From assembly GCA_963663025.1 (NCBI GenBank), contig OY760073.1:1833354-1897353 (forward strand): 64,000 nucleotides of DNA, given 5' to 3'. The translations under genes and the position numbers were made by a program. Under the pieces are notes generated by a model, which was not told where the DNA came from, did not search any database, and saw only the letters and a program-made list of their open reading frames with translations. This document shows, piece by piece, positions 19,064 through 28,100 of this stretch. Source of the DNA: Dehalococcoidia bacterium (GTDB lineage: Bacteria; Chloroflexota; Dehalococcoidia; Lucifugimonadales; JAGWBF01). The first letter of the stretch is position 1, and the number at the start of each line of letters is the position of its first letter.

Positions 19064-20413
19064 CTACTCGTACCAGCCCGAAGCGAATATCAGCCCATCG
19101 TGAAGGACGGCCCAGGTGTGCTTCTGTCTCTCATCGCCCGTCTCGGGATTGAGGAGCACGTAGTCAACCCAACGCCCAGACTCGGTGGCGCTCAGCAGGT
19201 CGTCGCCGTAAAAGTATCCCACGGCATCCACACGGAGGGCCGGGTCCCGGCCTCGGAACATGGCATTATGGTGGGATATCGTGTAGCCGTCCTCATCTAC
19301 GATGAAGATGTACCACTGGCCGTCAACGCTCTCCCTGGTGTTGTAGTACGCCACCGTGTCCTCGCGCCCAATGACGTTATACAGGTCTATAGCCTGCTTC
19401 ACGAACGCCCTGGTGTAGGCAACAACATCGGCCTTGCTGGGCCCCAGATCGTACCAGCCCGAGCCGAAGGTCAGGCCATCGTACTCTACAATCCAGGAGT
19501 GCTTGGACTCGACGACACCCGAATCTGGATTCAGGAAGTTGTAGCTGAACCAGGCGCCATCCTCGTCGGCGGATGCGGCCACAGCTTCTCCGACGGGGAA
19601 GTTGTTGGGCCCCATAACTTCCGAGACGTGCCTCCCCACTAGGTCCGGTTGGGCAGCAAGGGCCAAGAACATGTCGTCCTGATCGACGATGAACGTGTAC
19701 CACTGGCCGTCAATGCTCTCCTCGGTGTTGTAGTACGCCACCGTGCCTTCGCGCCCGATGGCGTCGTACAGCTCTATAGCCTGCCCCACGAACGCCCTGG
19801 TGTAAGCGGGAGGGTCGGACTTGGAAGGCCCGCTCTCATACCAGCCAGCCCCGAAGGTCAAGCCATCGAGACTGACCATCCATGAATGCTTGGACTCAAC
19901 CGCCCCCGTAGTAGGATTGGCGAAGTTGTAGCTGAACCAGGCGCCATCCTCGTCGGCGGCTGCTATGACCGCGTCACCGGCGGGAAAGTTGTTGGGGCCA
20001 GTTGTCTCCGAAGAGTGTAAGCCAACAAAGTCGGGAATGGGTGCATGGGCTAGCATGATGTCGTTCTGGTCGTAGATGACCATGTACCACTGGCCGTCGA
20101 TGCTCTCTTTGGTGTTGTAGTAGGTGACGGTGGCGTCCAGGCCTTCTGTGACGTACATGTCGATGGCTGTTCTGACAAAGTGCTTGGTGTACTCGGCAGG
20201 GTCCCACTTGGGCGGTGCAGCCGTCTCAATCCCCGCTTCTGAAACGGCATTCGCGATGGACGCAAGGGTTTCCTCATCCAAGGCGGGTACTTCGCCCTGG
20301 GGTCCTTGGGGCCCTGGAGGGCCCTGCTCCCCGGGAGGCCCAGCCTCTCCTTGACAGGCAGCTGCCGCCAGAATAAGGGCAATGGCCCAAAACATAACGA
20401 TCAGTGCACGCAC
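19064..20413 (-). CDS. Lipoprotein with a short collagen-like GXY stretch and three tandem Cache/PDC-like sensor-fold repeats
   Basis: GTG start with GAGGGGGAG SD. Lipobox LAAAAC. GEAGPPGEQGPPGPQGPQGE stretch. Three roughly 125-aa repeats (YT[KR][HA]FV..AI[DE][ML]Y...YYNT.ESIDGQWY...AWFSYNF.NP..G..ESKHSW...GL.FG.GWYE). Confidence 0.75.
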   Translation of the reverse strand: MRALIVMFWAIALILAAAACQGEAGPPGEQGPPGPQGPQGEVPALDEETLASIANAVSEAGIETAAPPKWDPAEYTKHFVRTAIDMYVTEGLDATVTYYNTKESIDGQWYMVIYDQNDIMLAHAPIPDFVGLHSSETTGPNNFPAGDAVIAAADEDGAWFSYNFANPTTGAVESKHSWMVSLDGLTFGAGWYESGPSKSDPPAYTRAFVGQAIELYDAIGREGTVAYYNTEESIDGQWYTFIVDQDDMFLALAAQPDLVGRHVSEVMGPNNFPVGEAVAASADEDGAWFSYNFLNPDSGVVESKHSWIVEYDGLTFGSGWYDLGPSKADVVAYTRAFVKQAIDLYNVIGREDTVAYYNTRESVDGQWYIFIVDEDGYTISHHNAMFRGRDPALRVDAVGYFYGDDLLSATESGRWVDYVLLNPETGDERQKHTWAVLHDGLIFASGWYE

Positions 20414-20797
20414 TCTTGCTCCCCCTCTCTTATGACGCCGGAGGTGAAAATGTTCTCAGCCCGTCCGGATTTCGGGTCTTTCTTTGGGATGCACGGGACC
20501 TGGGTGCTGGCTCCGCATAGCCCCAGGTAAGCCTGCGCCCCATCGGGTTGGAGGTTTCCTGTTCTCCCTGAGATGCCATGGCCCCATCACGGCCGCTTTA
20601 TCCTAGAGTATTATGGTCGTTGGGCCATAGCGATTACAAGGTGCTTACAGGAGCGGCAAACTCCCTGTTGTCGATTAGGGTGTAGAACAAGCCCTTGATG
20701 AAGCCCCGGCACAGGTCAACGCTTGCAAGAGTTTGGTGGTCGTTGTTTCATGTATGAGCCATCAGCCAAAAAGTTATTGTATGATTCGGAGCTGCCG

Positions 20798-21285
20798 GTG
20801 AAGTGTGGGACACACCGCCCACGGGATCTCTTCAGGCTGCCCATCCTGGTAGGGGTTTGCCTCGTCATTTCGGTAATGTCCCTTGCGTGCTCATCCTCGC
20901 CTTCCCAGGACCTGGAGGCGGGACGAGGGGTGTTCGTGGCCAACTGCGCCGTCTGTCACGGCGCCGGAGGAGAGGGCCAGCCCGACTGGCACATCAGGAA
21001 GGATGACGGTACCCTGCCGGCTCCACCTCTAAATGGGGAAGGGCACACCTGGCACCATGCCGACGGTCTTCTGTACCGGATTGTCAGCCAGGGGGGAGCT
21101 ATCTTCGAGGACCCCAGTGTTCCGGGTTTCAAGAGCGCCATGCCGTCCTTTGGCGAGACCCTCACCGGGATGAGATTGTCTCGGTGCTCACGTACATCAA
21201 GAGCCTGTGGGGGGACAAGGTCAAACGGGGGATTTCGATCCGGGAATCCCAGGCGTTGGCCAGCCGGGATGATCCGTTCCCTTGA
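20798..21285 (+). CDS. Class I c-type cytochrome lipoprotein whose reading frame is interrupted by an apparent 1-nt frameshift near 21165
   Basis: CAVCH heme motif and MPSFGETLT. The +1 frame from 21166 reads RDEIVSVLTYIKSLWGDK..., a typical cytochrome c C-terminus, with stop TGA at 21283-21285. The in-frame continuation to 21472 reads through a terminator and antisense hsp20. Candidate GTG start at 20798 follows GGAG. Confidence 0.65.
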
Positions 21286-21316
21286 GACACGCCAGAAGGC
21301 CAGGAGTATGAGGCAC

Positions 21317-21359
21317 AAGAAAGGGTACGGCGCCTTAATTCGGCGCCGCACCCTTTCTT
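21317..21359. terminator. Bidirectional stem-loop between the convergent cytochrome c and hsp20 genes
   Basis: AAGAAAGGGT-A-CGGCGCC / loop TTAATTC / GGCGCCG-C-ACCCTTTCTT, giving 17 paired positions. Confidence 0.6.
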
Positions 21360-21383
21360 ACTCTGAAACTTCGGGAACGGAGT

Positions 21384-21860
21384 TTAGTCGCTTGCGCCCC
21401 CGTCGCCCAGGGGAGTGCCAACCTGGACTTGCAGTTGGCGCGCCCTCTTGGCCTCCGCCTTCGGCACGGTGATGGTCAGGACTCCATGCTCGTAGCGGGG
21501 CTCCACCTTGTCCGGGTCAACCGAATCGGGAAGGCGCAACGCCCTGTGGAAGGAGCCGGTCCTGCGCTCGCGCATGAGGTAGGTCTCGCCTTCGTCCTGG
21601 ACCTCCTTTGCGGAGTGCCCCTTTATGGTGAGCACGTTGTCCTCGATGGAGACCTGGATGTCCTCGGGCGAAACGCCGGGCATGGAGGCGCGGATCACGG
21701 CGTTCTCGCCTTGCCGAGTCACGTCCAGGGGTACGGCCCATGCCTCCATTTCGGGGCTATCCTCGGTGTTCCGGGCTGAAGTTCCCATCCTTCGCCACAT
21801 CCGGTCCATCGTGTTCTGCATCTGCCGCAGGTCGCTGAACGGGTCCCATCTCTGCATCAT
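21384..21860 (-). CDS. hsp20: Small heat-shock protein, Hsp20/alpha-crystallin family
   Basis: Alpha-crystallin domain: PLDVTRQGENAVIRASMPGVSPEDIQVSIEDNVLTIKG...GSFHRALRLP...YEHGVLTITVPK. Confidence 0.9.
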   Translation of the reverse strand: MMQRWDPFSDLRQMQNTMDRMWRRMGTSARNTEDSPEMEAWAVPLDVTRQGENAVIRASMPGVSPEDIQVSIEDNVLTIKGHSAKEVQDEGETYLMRERRTGSFHRALRLPDSVDPDKVEPRYEHGVLTITVPKAEAKRARQLQVQVGTPLGDGGASD

Positions 21861-21922
21861 GGCTTCTCTCCTTTTCTTTCTGCCTCTGTTTGGCTATCCT
21901 CGTTCATTGAGGATACAATATG

Positions 21923-21951
21923 AGTATAATAGTTGATATAAGTCATGTCAA
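21923..21951 (-). promoter_or_regulatory. Sigma-70-like promoter for hsp20 (TTGACA-17-TATACT)
   Basis: On the minus strand, -35 is TTGACA (21951-21946) and -10 is TATACT (21928-21923), with a 17-nt spacer. Confidence 0.55.
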
Positions 21952-21989
21952 GTACTCTCTATAAAACACATCATCACCAGGATATGTGT

Positions 21990-22018
21990 TTGACAACATG
22001 CTCTCATCAGTGTATAAG
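21990..22018 (+). promoter_or_regulatory. Sigma-70-like promoter for the hspR-like gene (TTGACA-17-TATAAG)
   Basis: -35 at 21990-21995 and -10 at 22013-22018, 15 nt before the ATG at 22033. Confidence 0.5.
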
Positions 22019-22032
22019 ACTGGGGAAACGAT

Positions 22033-22554
22033 ATGAGACAGACCCGAGGCATTTACCTGATCAGCATGGTGGCGGAGACCCTGGACATGCATCCGCAGAC
22101 CCTACGCAAGTATGAGCGCGCGGGCTTTGTGGTGCCCCTGCGCATGGGCACTCTGCGCACCTACTCCGATGAGGATGTGGCCCGGCTCAGGTTGATCAAG
22201 CACTTCGTGGATGGAATGGGACTCAACTTGGCGGGCGTCGAAATGGCCCTGTCGATGACCGGCAATCTGCTGGACATGCGTGGGCGTCTCTCCAAGGAGT
22301 CGAGCACCTCCAAGGCCTCTGCCGACTCCCTCAAGCAGGTGGACCGCATGCTGGCGAGCTTGGGAGTCCACGTGGTCAGAAGAAAGGAAGTCCCAGGAAG
22401 GTGCTTCGGAGGATGGCCCCGGAAACCCATGGACTACCCCAGGCGCCGGGGAGACCATAGAGCTGCGCGTCCCCGGAGGCAGTTTTACGAGACCTTAGCA
22501 GCTTGCCGGCCAATTGCCCGCCAGCTAGATTTGCGTTACGATACCAGCAGGTGA
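22033..22554 (+). CDS. hspR: MerR-family heat-shock repressor, HspR-like
   Basis: YLISMVAETLDMHPQTLRKYERAGFVVPLR...RTYSDEDVARLRLIKHFVDGMGLNLAGV matches the HspR-type HTH. The gene is divergent from hsp20. Confidence 0.75.
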   Translation: MRQTRGIYLISMVAETLDMHPQTLRKYERAGFVVPLRMGTLRTYSDEDVARLRLIKHFVDGMGLNLAGVEMALSMTGNLLDMRGRLSKESSTSKASADSLKQVDRMLASLGVHVVRRKEVPGRCFGGWPRKPMDYPRRRGDHRAARPRRQFYETLAACRPIARQLDLRYDTSR

Positions 22555-22618
22555 AGGGCCTTTCCTGCGCGTCCAGAGCATCAGCCACACATTGACCACA
22601 TTGATTGAACGTAAATCG

Positions 22619-24127
22619 ATGGCCCGTACGGAAAAAGGCCACGACCCAACAGCCAACCCTGCGCATCGTCGAGCAGGTCCCACCCCGGTTGCAGCCTGCA
22701 GGCGCGCCCTGGCTGGCCTGGTCCCGCTGTTGGCTCTGCTTCTCCTGGCCATGGCCTGCACCGCTGGAAGCGTTCAAGAACCGGGAGAGACGCCCACGAC
22801 CCCGGAGACCCCTCCAACAAGTACGCAGGCGAGTCCTTCCCCAACGACCCAAGGCAGCGACAACACGGACCAGTCGATGGATGTGCAAGCCACCGTGCTG
22901 GCCGTGCTGACCCGGGTGGCGCCCACGCCGGTCCCCACCCCCACCGTAAGGCCGCGGACTACCGTGACACCCGAGGGGGACCTGGTTTCCCTTCCTGCGA
23001 CGGCCCAGTCCCCCGGAACGACGGCCGGCCTCTCTCTACCGGACGTCATCGAGAGCGTCGAAAACGGCCTGGTGCAGATAATTACGCCCGACGCCACCGG
23101 TTCCGGCTTTGCAGTCTCCAACGACGGCCTCATCATCACCAATGCCCACGTGGTGGAGGAGCATGAACTCATCACCGTCCGCTCCGTGAACGGGTGGTCC
23201 TACGTCGGGAGGGTTCGGGGCAAGGACGATAACCTGGACCTGGCGGTGGTCAAGATCGCGGGGCTGGGGCAGGTACGGGCCATACCCCTGGGGGACGCAT
23301 CGGAAATCCGGCCCGGCGACCCCGTTATAGCAATGGGCTTTCAACTGAGCGATCAGCTGGGAGACAGCTACACGGTTACCACCGGCGTGGTTTCTTCCCT
23401 CCGAAAAGTCGGGGCAACCGAGCGAATCCAGACCGACGCAGCGGTCAACGCCGGCAGCAGCGGAGGCCCGCTGATCAACAGCGCCGGCGAAGTCATCGGC
23501 GTGAATACCGTCACCTTCCAGGAGTACGCCGGCATCTCCTTCGCCATCTCCATCGCGGAGGTTAAGAAACACCTGGAGATACTGTCCGTCGGGCAGGACA
23601 CCGAGACCCACGCCAGCGTGGACCTGGAGGAATACGAAAACGAAGCGTGTCACTACTCATTGAGGATGCCCTCGGAATGGAAGATAACCGGGGGAGAGGG
23701 CGGATGCCGTATCTCCCTGGGGAGATACGATGAGAATGACCAGGTGGGGGTCGTCAATGTTTGGGACTACCCGCTGAATGACGGCGAAACCCTGGGTGAT
23801 TTCTCAGCCTGGTGGAGCGACTCTCTGGCCAAAAGGGCCGGCGCCTGGAGTAACTTCACCCAGATTTCTTCTGAGAAATCAGTGGTTGAGCGCGACGGCC
23901 ATCAGCAGGAGTCATTCGTAATCAAGTACCGATGGCAGCAAACCGTGGACAACTGCATCTCCTTCGCCACCGACACGATAATGATATCCAATCACCAGCC
24001 CGTCGCCCTGGTTTTCAGCGTCAGCCTGTGCGACTTCGTGCCACCGTCGGTGATCGAGGAGATCGCCTCTATGGACTTCGAGGTGTGGGCGCCGGCGCCT
24101 ATCGACCGGGATAGATCAAGCCCCTAG
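22619..24127 (+). CDS. Trypsin-like serine protease (S1C, HtrA/DegP-like) lipoprotein with an unknown C-terminal domain and no obvious PDZ
   Basis: Catalytic-triad contexts TNAHVV, DLAVVKI and GSSGGPLIN. Lipobox LAMAC with a PT-rich linker. An alternative TTG start lies at 22592. Confidence 0.8.
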   Translation: MARTEKGHDPTANPAHRRAGPTPVAACRRALAGLVPLLALLLLAMACTAGSVQEPGETPTTPETPPTSTQASPSPTTQGSDNTDQSMDVQATVLAVLTRVAPTPVPTPTVRPRTTVTPEGDLVSLPATAQSPGTTAGLSLPDVIESVENGLVQIITPDATGSGFAVSNDGLIITNAHVVEEHELITVRSVNGWSYVGRVRGKDDNLDLAVVKIAGLGQVRAIPLGDASEIRPGDPVIAMGFQLSDQLGDSYTVTTGVVSSLRKVGATERIQTDAAVNAGSSGGPLINSAGEVIGVNTVTFQEYAGISFAISIAEVKKHLEILSVGQDTETHASVDLEEYENEACHYSLRMPSEWKITGGEGGCRISLGRYDENDQVGVVNVWDYPLNDGETLGDFSAWWSDSLAKRAGAWSNFTQISSEKSVVERDGHQQESFVIKYRWQQTVDNCISFATDTIMISNHQPVALVFSVSLCDFVPPSVIEEIASMDFEVWAPAPIDRDRSSP

Positions 24128-24135
24128 CCTGCGGC

Positions 24136-25071
24136 CTACCGGCAGAGCAGCTTCTCCACCTCAGCCCCGGCTCCCCTCTCCACCGCAATCCGGCATGGCG
24201 TCAGCCCTTCGTTGTTGACCGCGGCGATGTCGGCGCCGTGTTCCACCAGCAAGGCAACCACAACCAGGGGCGCGGGATTCTGGCTCGCCGCCGAGTGCAA
24301 CGGCGTCATCCCATCGTTGTCCTTGGCGGAAATCTCGGCCCCGTGCTCCAGCAGCATCCTGTGCACATCCGGGTTGGGGTTGTGCAGTGAGGCGGTATGC
24401 AGGGCGGTACGCCCGGTGCTGTTATAGAGCTTGACATCGCCGCCGAGCTCCAGGGCCAGGGTCAACACGCCCAGCTCCTTGTTGAAAGCGGCGGTGTGCA
24501 GGATGCCTGCGCCCGAGGCGGTGAGAGCTGAGGGATCAGCGCCCCGGTCCAGCAGCAAATCTATAACTTCCAGGTTGGGGTTCAGCGCCAGGGCTACGTG
24601 CAGAGGCGTGGCGCCCGCATTGTTGAGGGCTTCGATATCAGCCCCGCGGTCCACCAGGATATCAGCTATCGCCGGTTCCTTGCTGAAGCCGGCCGCCATG
24701 TGCAAGGGCGTCGAGTTGTTGAGGTCGCTCCTGATGTTGACGTCCGCTCCGGCATCCAGGACCAGGGATACCAACGCCGGATCAGTGGCGTGGGAGGCAG
24801 CCATGTGCAGTGCACTGGCGCCAAGCTCCCCGGTCTTTTCCGACAAGTCGGGGTTTCTATCGAGCTGGGCCTTTACCTCGGCCTCGCCGGCCGAAGCCCA
24901 GAACTCGTCCCCGCACAGGACGCCGCACTCCGTCAGCTCCTGGGATCCGCCGCAGGCGCTAAGGGTAGCCGCAAGGAAAACCGCTGCAACAGCCAGCGCT
25001 CCAAGGAATGCAGCCCCTGAGGAAGCCGTCCTGGCCGGACAGCTAATCAACTTCGTCAAACTACCGCGCAT
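24136..25071 (-). CDS. Ankyrin-repeat lipoprotein (about 7 ANK repeats)
   Basis: Lipobox TLSAC. Repeated G.T(P/A)LH.AA...(V/L)LL..GAD motifs. The gene lies 104 nt downstream of giant adhesin 1 on the same strand. Confidence 0.9.
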   Translation of the reverse strand: MRGSLTKLISCPARTASSGAAFLGALAVAAVFLAATLSACGGSQELTECGVLCGDEFWASAGEAEVKAQLDRNPDLSEKTGELGASALHMAASHATDPALVSLVLDAGADVNIRSDLNNSTPLHMAAGFSKEPAIADILVDRGADIEALNNAGATPLHVALALNPNLEVIDLLLDRGADPSALTASGAGILHTAAFNKELGVLTLALELGGDVKLYNSTGRTALHTASLHNPNPDVHRMLLEHGAEISAKDNDGMTPLHSAASQNPAPLVVVALLVEHGADIAAVNNEGLTPCRIAVERGAGAEVEKLLCR

Positions 25072-25175
25072 AGCTCCAAGGGTTATGATAACAAGGCTGC
25101 CTTTCCCAGTCTATCCCAACCTGGCCTTCAACCGTGGGAGGTATCCACCCCCGCTGGACATCCGGCAGGCTGGCC

Positions 25176-28100
25176 TCATGCCCGATACAGACCTTGCCGC
25201 TTACGGCGACGCCACAGGACGACCAGGAAACTGAACAGAGGCAGCAGCCCCAGCAGCAGCACCCACCACCAGAGAGACATCTGCGACGGTGCGAAATCCC
25301 TCTCGGCTACAAGGACAGGGACCGGCGTTGGCTCGGAGATGTCAACCTCGGCCGACTCCCGGACCGGCAGGTACAGGTCGGGCTGTCCCACCTCGAACTG
25401 AGTCTCCTGCCTCTCGGGCGCGCTGGGATTGGCTATCTGCACTCCCGCCACAGGCGTCGGCGTGGGGGTGGGAGTGGGCTCCGGTGCGGGCGTGGCCGTC
25501 GGCGTCGGGGCCGGTGTTGCCGTCGGCGTGGGTGTGGGTGTGGGAGCGGCCGCAGGCATGTACACGGGCGTCGGAGCAGGCGTTGCCGTCGGCACAGGCG
25601 TAGGAGCAGGCGTAGGAGCCGGTGTCGGGGCCGGCGTGGGCGCAGGTGTCGGCGCCGGTGTCGGTACAGGCGTAGGCGCAGGCGTCGGGGCCGGTGTCGG
25701 AGCAGGCGTTGGCTCAGGTGTGGGAACGGGCGCAGCAGGTATGTTGCTGGGACCCGGCGCAGGCGTCGGCGTCGCTGTCGGCACAGGAGTGGGTGTGGGC
25801 GTAGGAGCAGGCGTCGGCGACGGTGTGGGTGTAGGCGTCGGAGGCGGCACAGGGTCGCTGAACACCGCTACCGTGTACAGCGTGGCCAGCGTTGACCATG
25901 CGCCGTACCCCTCATCGTTCTCCGCCATCACCTCCACCTTGTACGCTGTGCCCGGCTTCATGGGAGCGCTCGGGTTGCCGGCGATGGGCACCTCGTCCAG
26001 CAATGCCTCGTTGATGGTGACCGTCCAGGTGTTGGTGTAGCTGCTCCCCTGCTCCCAGAACCGCACCCAGTACCGCTTGACCGGAGGCTTGCCCGTGTCA
26101 TCCGGGGCAGTCCAGGTGGCTGTGATGGACGTAGTGGTGTTCTTCTTGGCCGTGGGTTTCCCGGGCTTGCCCAGAGGCTCCTTCACATCGGTTACGTTGA
26201 TGGTCATCGCCACCGTGTGGTCGATCTCGGTGTCGGCATTGCCTTCCGAGTCCAGCTTGTCGCTGACCGACACCTTGATGCTGTAGCTCGTCTTCGCTTC
26301 GTAGTCCGGACTGGTGTCAGTCGCCAGCGATATCTGCCCGGTCGAGCCGTCTATATCGAAGGATGCAGCGTCGGTCCCAGTTATGGTGTAGTACAAAGTT
26401 GAGCTGTCCGGGTCCGTGGCCGCCACCGCAGCGCCCACGTTGGATCCGCCTGTAGAGTTCTCAGCAATGCTGCGACTGGGGCTGGCAGGCAGCTTCGGGT
26501 CCACGTTGTCCAGGCTGCCGCTGTCCGACCAAGGGCTGTCGCCCTCATCGTTGGTGGCCTGCACCTGCACGTTGTAGTTGACGCCTCCCACCTGGCCGGT
26601 GATGGTCGTCGAGGTCCCCGTTCCTGTGAAGGATGCGTCAGTCCAGGTGGACGCGCCCTCCTTCTGGTAGCGCACATCGTAGTCGGTGATGGCCGGCTTG
26701 CCTGTCATGTCTGGGGCTGTCCAGGACACCTTCAGCGTGGTGTTGTCCGAGTCGCCCGAGGCGGTCACCTTCGGCGCATCGGGCTTGTCCGGGGCCTCGT
26801 CCACGTCGGTTACGTTGATGGTCACCGGGATCACGTAGTCGCCCGGGTTGTTGGGCACAAGGCTGAAGCTCTGGGCGTTGGCCCCGGCCTGGGCCGCCTT
26901 CACCGTCACAATGACGCTGTAGGCCTTCTTGGCCTCGTAGTCCAGGCTGTCGCCGGTCTTCACCTTGATCTGGCCCGATGAGCTCTCGATGGTGAAGGTG
27001 GAAGCGTCGGTCCCGCTCAGGCTGTGGGTCAGGGTGTAGCTGTTGGGGTTGGATGTCGCGGTCACCGGAGCGCCCACGTTGGCCCCCGCCGCCGAGTTCT
27101 CATCGACGTCCCGGCTCACGCCGCCGGCCTTCGTTATGGCTGTGCCGCTGGCGGACCAAGCCCCGTTGCCCTCGTTGTTGACTCCCCGCACCTGCACCTC
27201 GTAGCTCTTGCCCGAGGTCAGACCGGTCAGCGTCGTCGAGGTTCCCGTGCCGGTGAAGCTGTGGCTGCTCCAGTTGGATGCCCCGTGCTGGCGGTACTGC
27301 ACATCGTAGTCGCTCAGGGCAGGCTTCCCCGTCATGTCCGGTGCCGTCCAGCTCACGTCGATCTTGCTGGTGGGCGTGGTCGTGTTGAGCGAAACGCTTA
27401 TGGAAGGCGCGGGAGGAGGCTCGGCAACATCATCCACCTGGATGATTACCACGATCTCGTAGTTGAGAGTGGTGCTGCCCTGCTTGGTGGCCGCAATCTC
27501 CACTTCCACGTCGTAATGGTCCGTGGCTTCGAAGTCCAGGGTGGTCCCGCTCTTGACCGTTATCTTGCCGGTGCTGCTGGCAATCTCGAACTTGCCCTTG
27601 TCCGTTCCGTCCAGGGTGTGGGTCTTGGTGTAGCTGCTGTCGATGGTCTTGGTTACGGTGCCTACCTCGGCGTTGGCGGCGGAGTTTTCATCTATGTTCA
27701 GGGTTACAGAGTCCGCGTTGGTGGTGGCGTGGCCCGCATTGGACCAGCCGCTGTCACCCTCGTCGTTCTTGGCCTTCACCTGCACCTCGTAGTGCTCATT
27801 TTCGGTGAGGCCGCTGATGGTGGTGGAGGTGCCGGTTCCGGTGAAGGAATGGCTGGTCCAATTCGACGAGTGGGCCACCCGGTACTGCAGGTCGTAATCG
27901 CTGACGGCCGGCTTGCCGGTCATCGTCGGGGCTGTCCACGACACATCCAGCTTGGTCTTGGGTGTCGTGGAGTTGGGGGTCACCGTCGGCGTGGAAATGG
28001 TGGGCGGCTCGTTAACGTCGGTTACGTTGATGGTCACCGGGATGATGTAGTCGCCCGGCGCGTTGGGGTCCAGGGTGAAGCTCTGGGCATTCGCCCCCGC

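Noticed and set aside
20723-21472. The full 249-aa in-frame cytochrome c ORF
   Set aside because: After the GETLT residues it loses all cytochrome similarity, then crosses a terminator hairpin and the 3' end of hsp20. The +1 frame restores the canonical C-terminus, so the long form is a frameshift read-through.
21861-22032. A canonical HAIR (CTTGAGT-N7-ACTCAAG) or CIRCE operator in the hsp20/hspR spacer, and upstream of dnaJ
   Set aside because: Reading both strands found no match with 2 or fewer mismatches. Only short symmetric fragments are present.
25134-26040. Arg-rich (25134..25895) and Gly/Val-rich (25429..26040) ORFs, and their equivalents at 35392..36148
   Set aside because: They are antisense or out-of-frame readings of the Pro/Thr-rich stalk coding region of the giant proteins.
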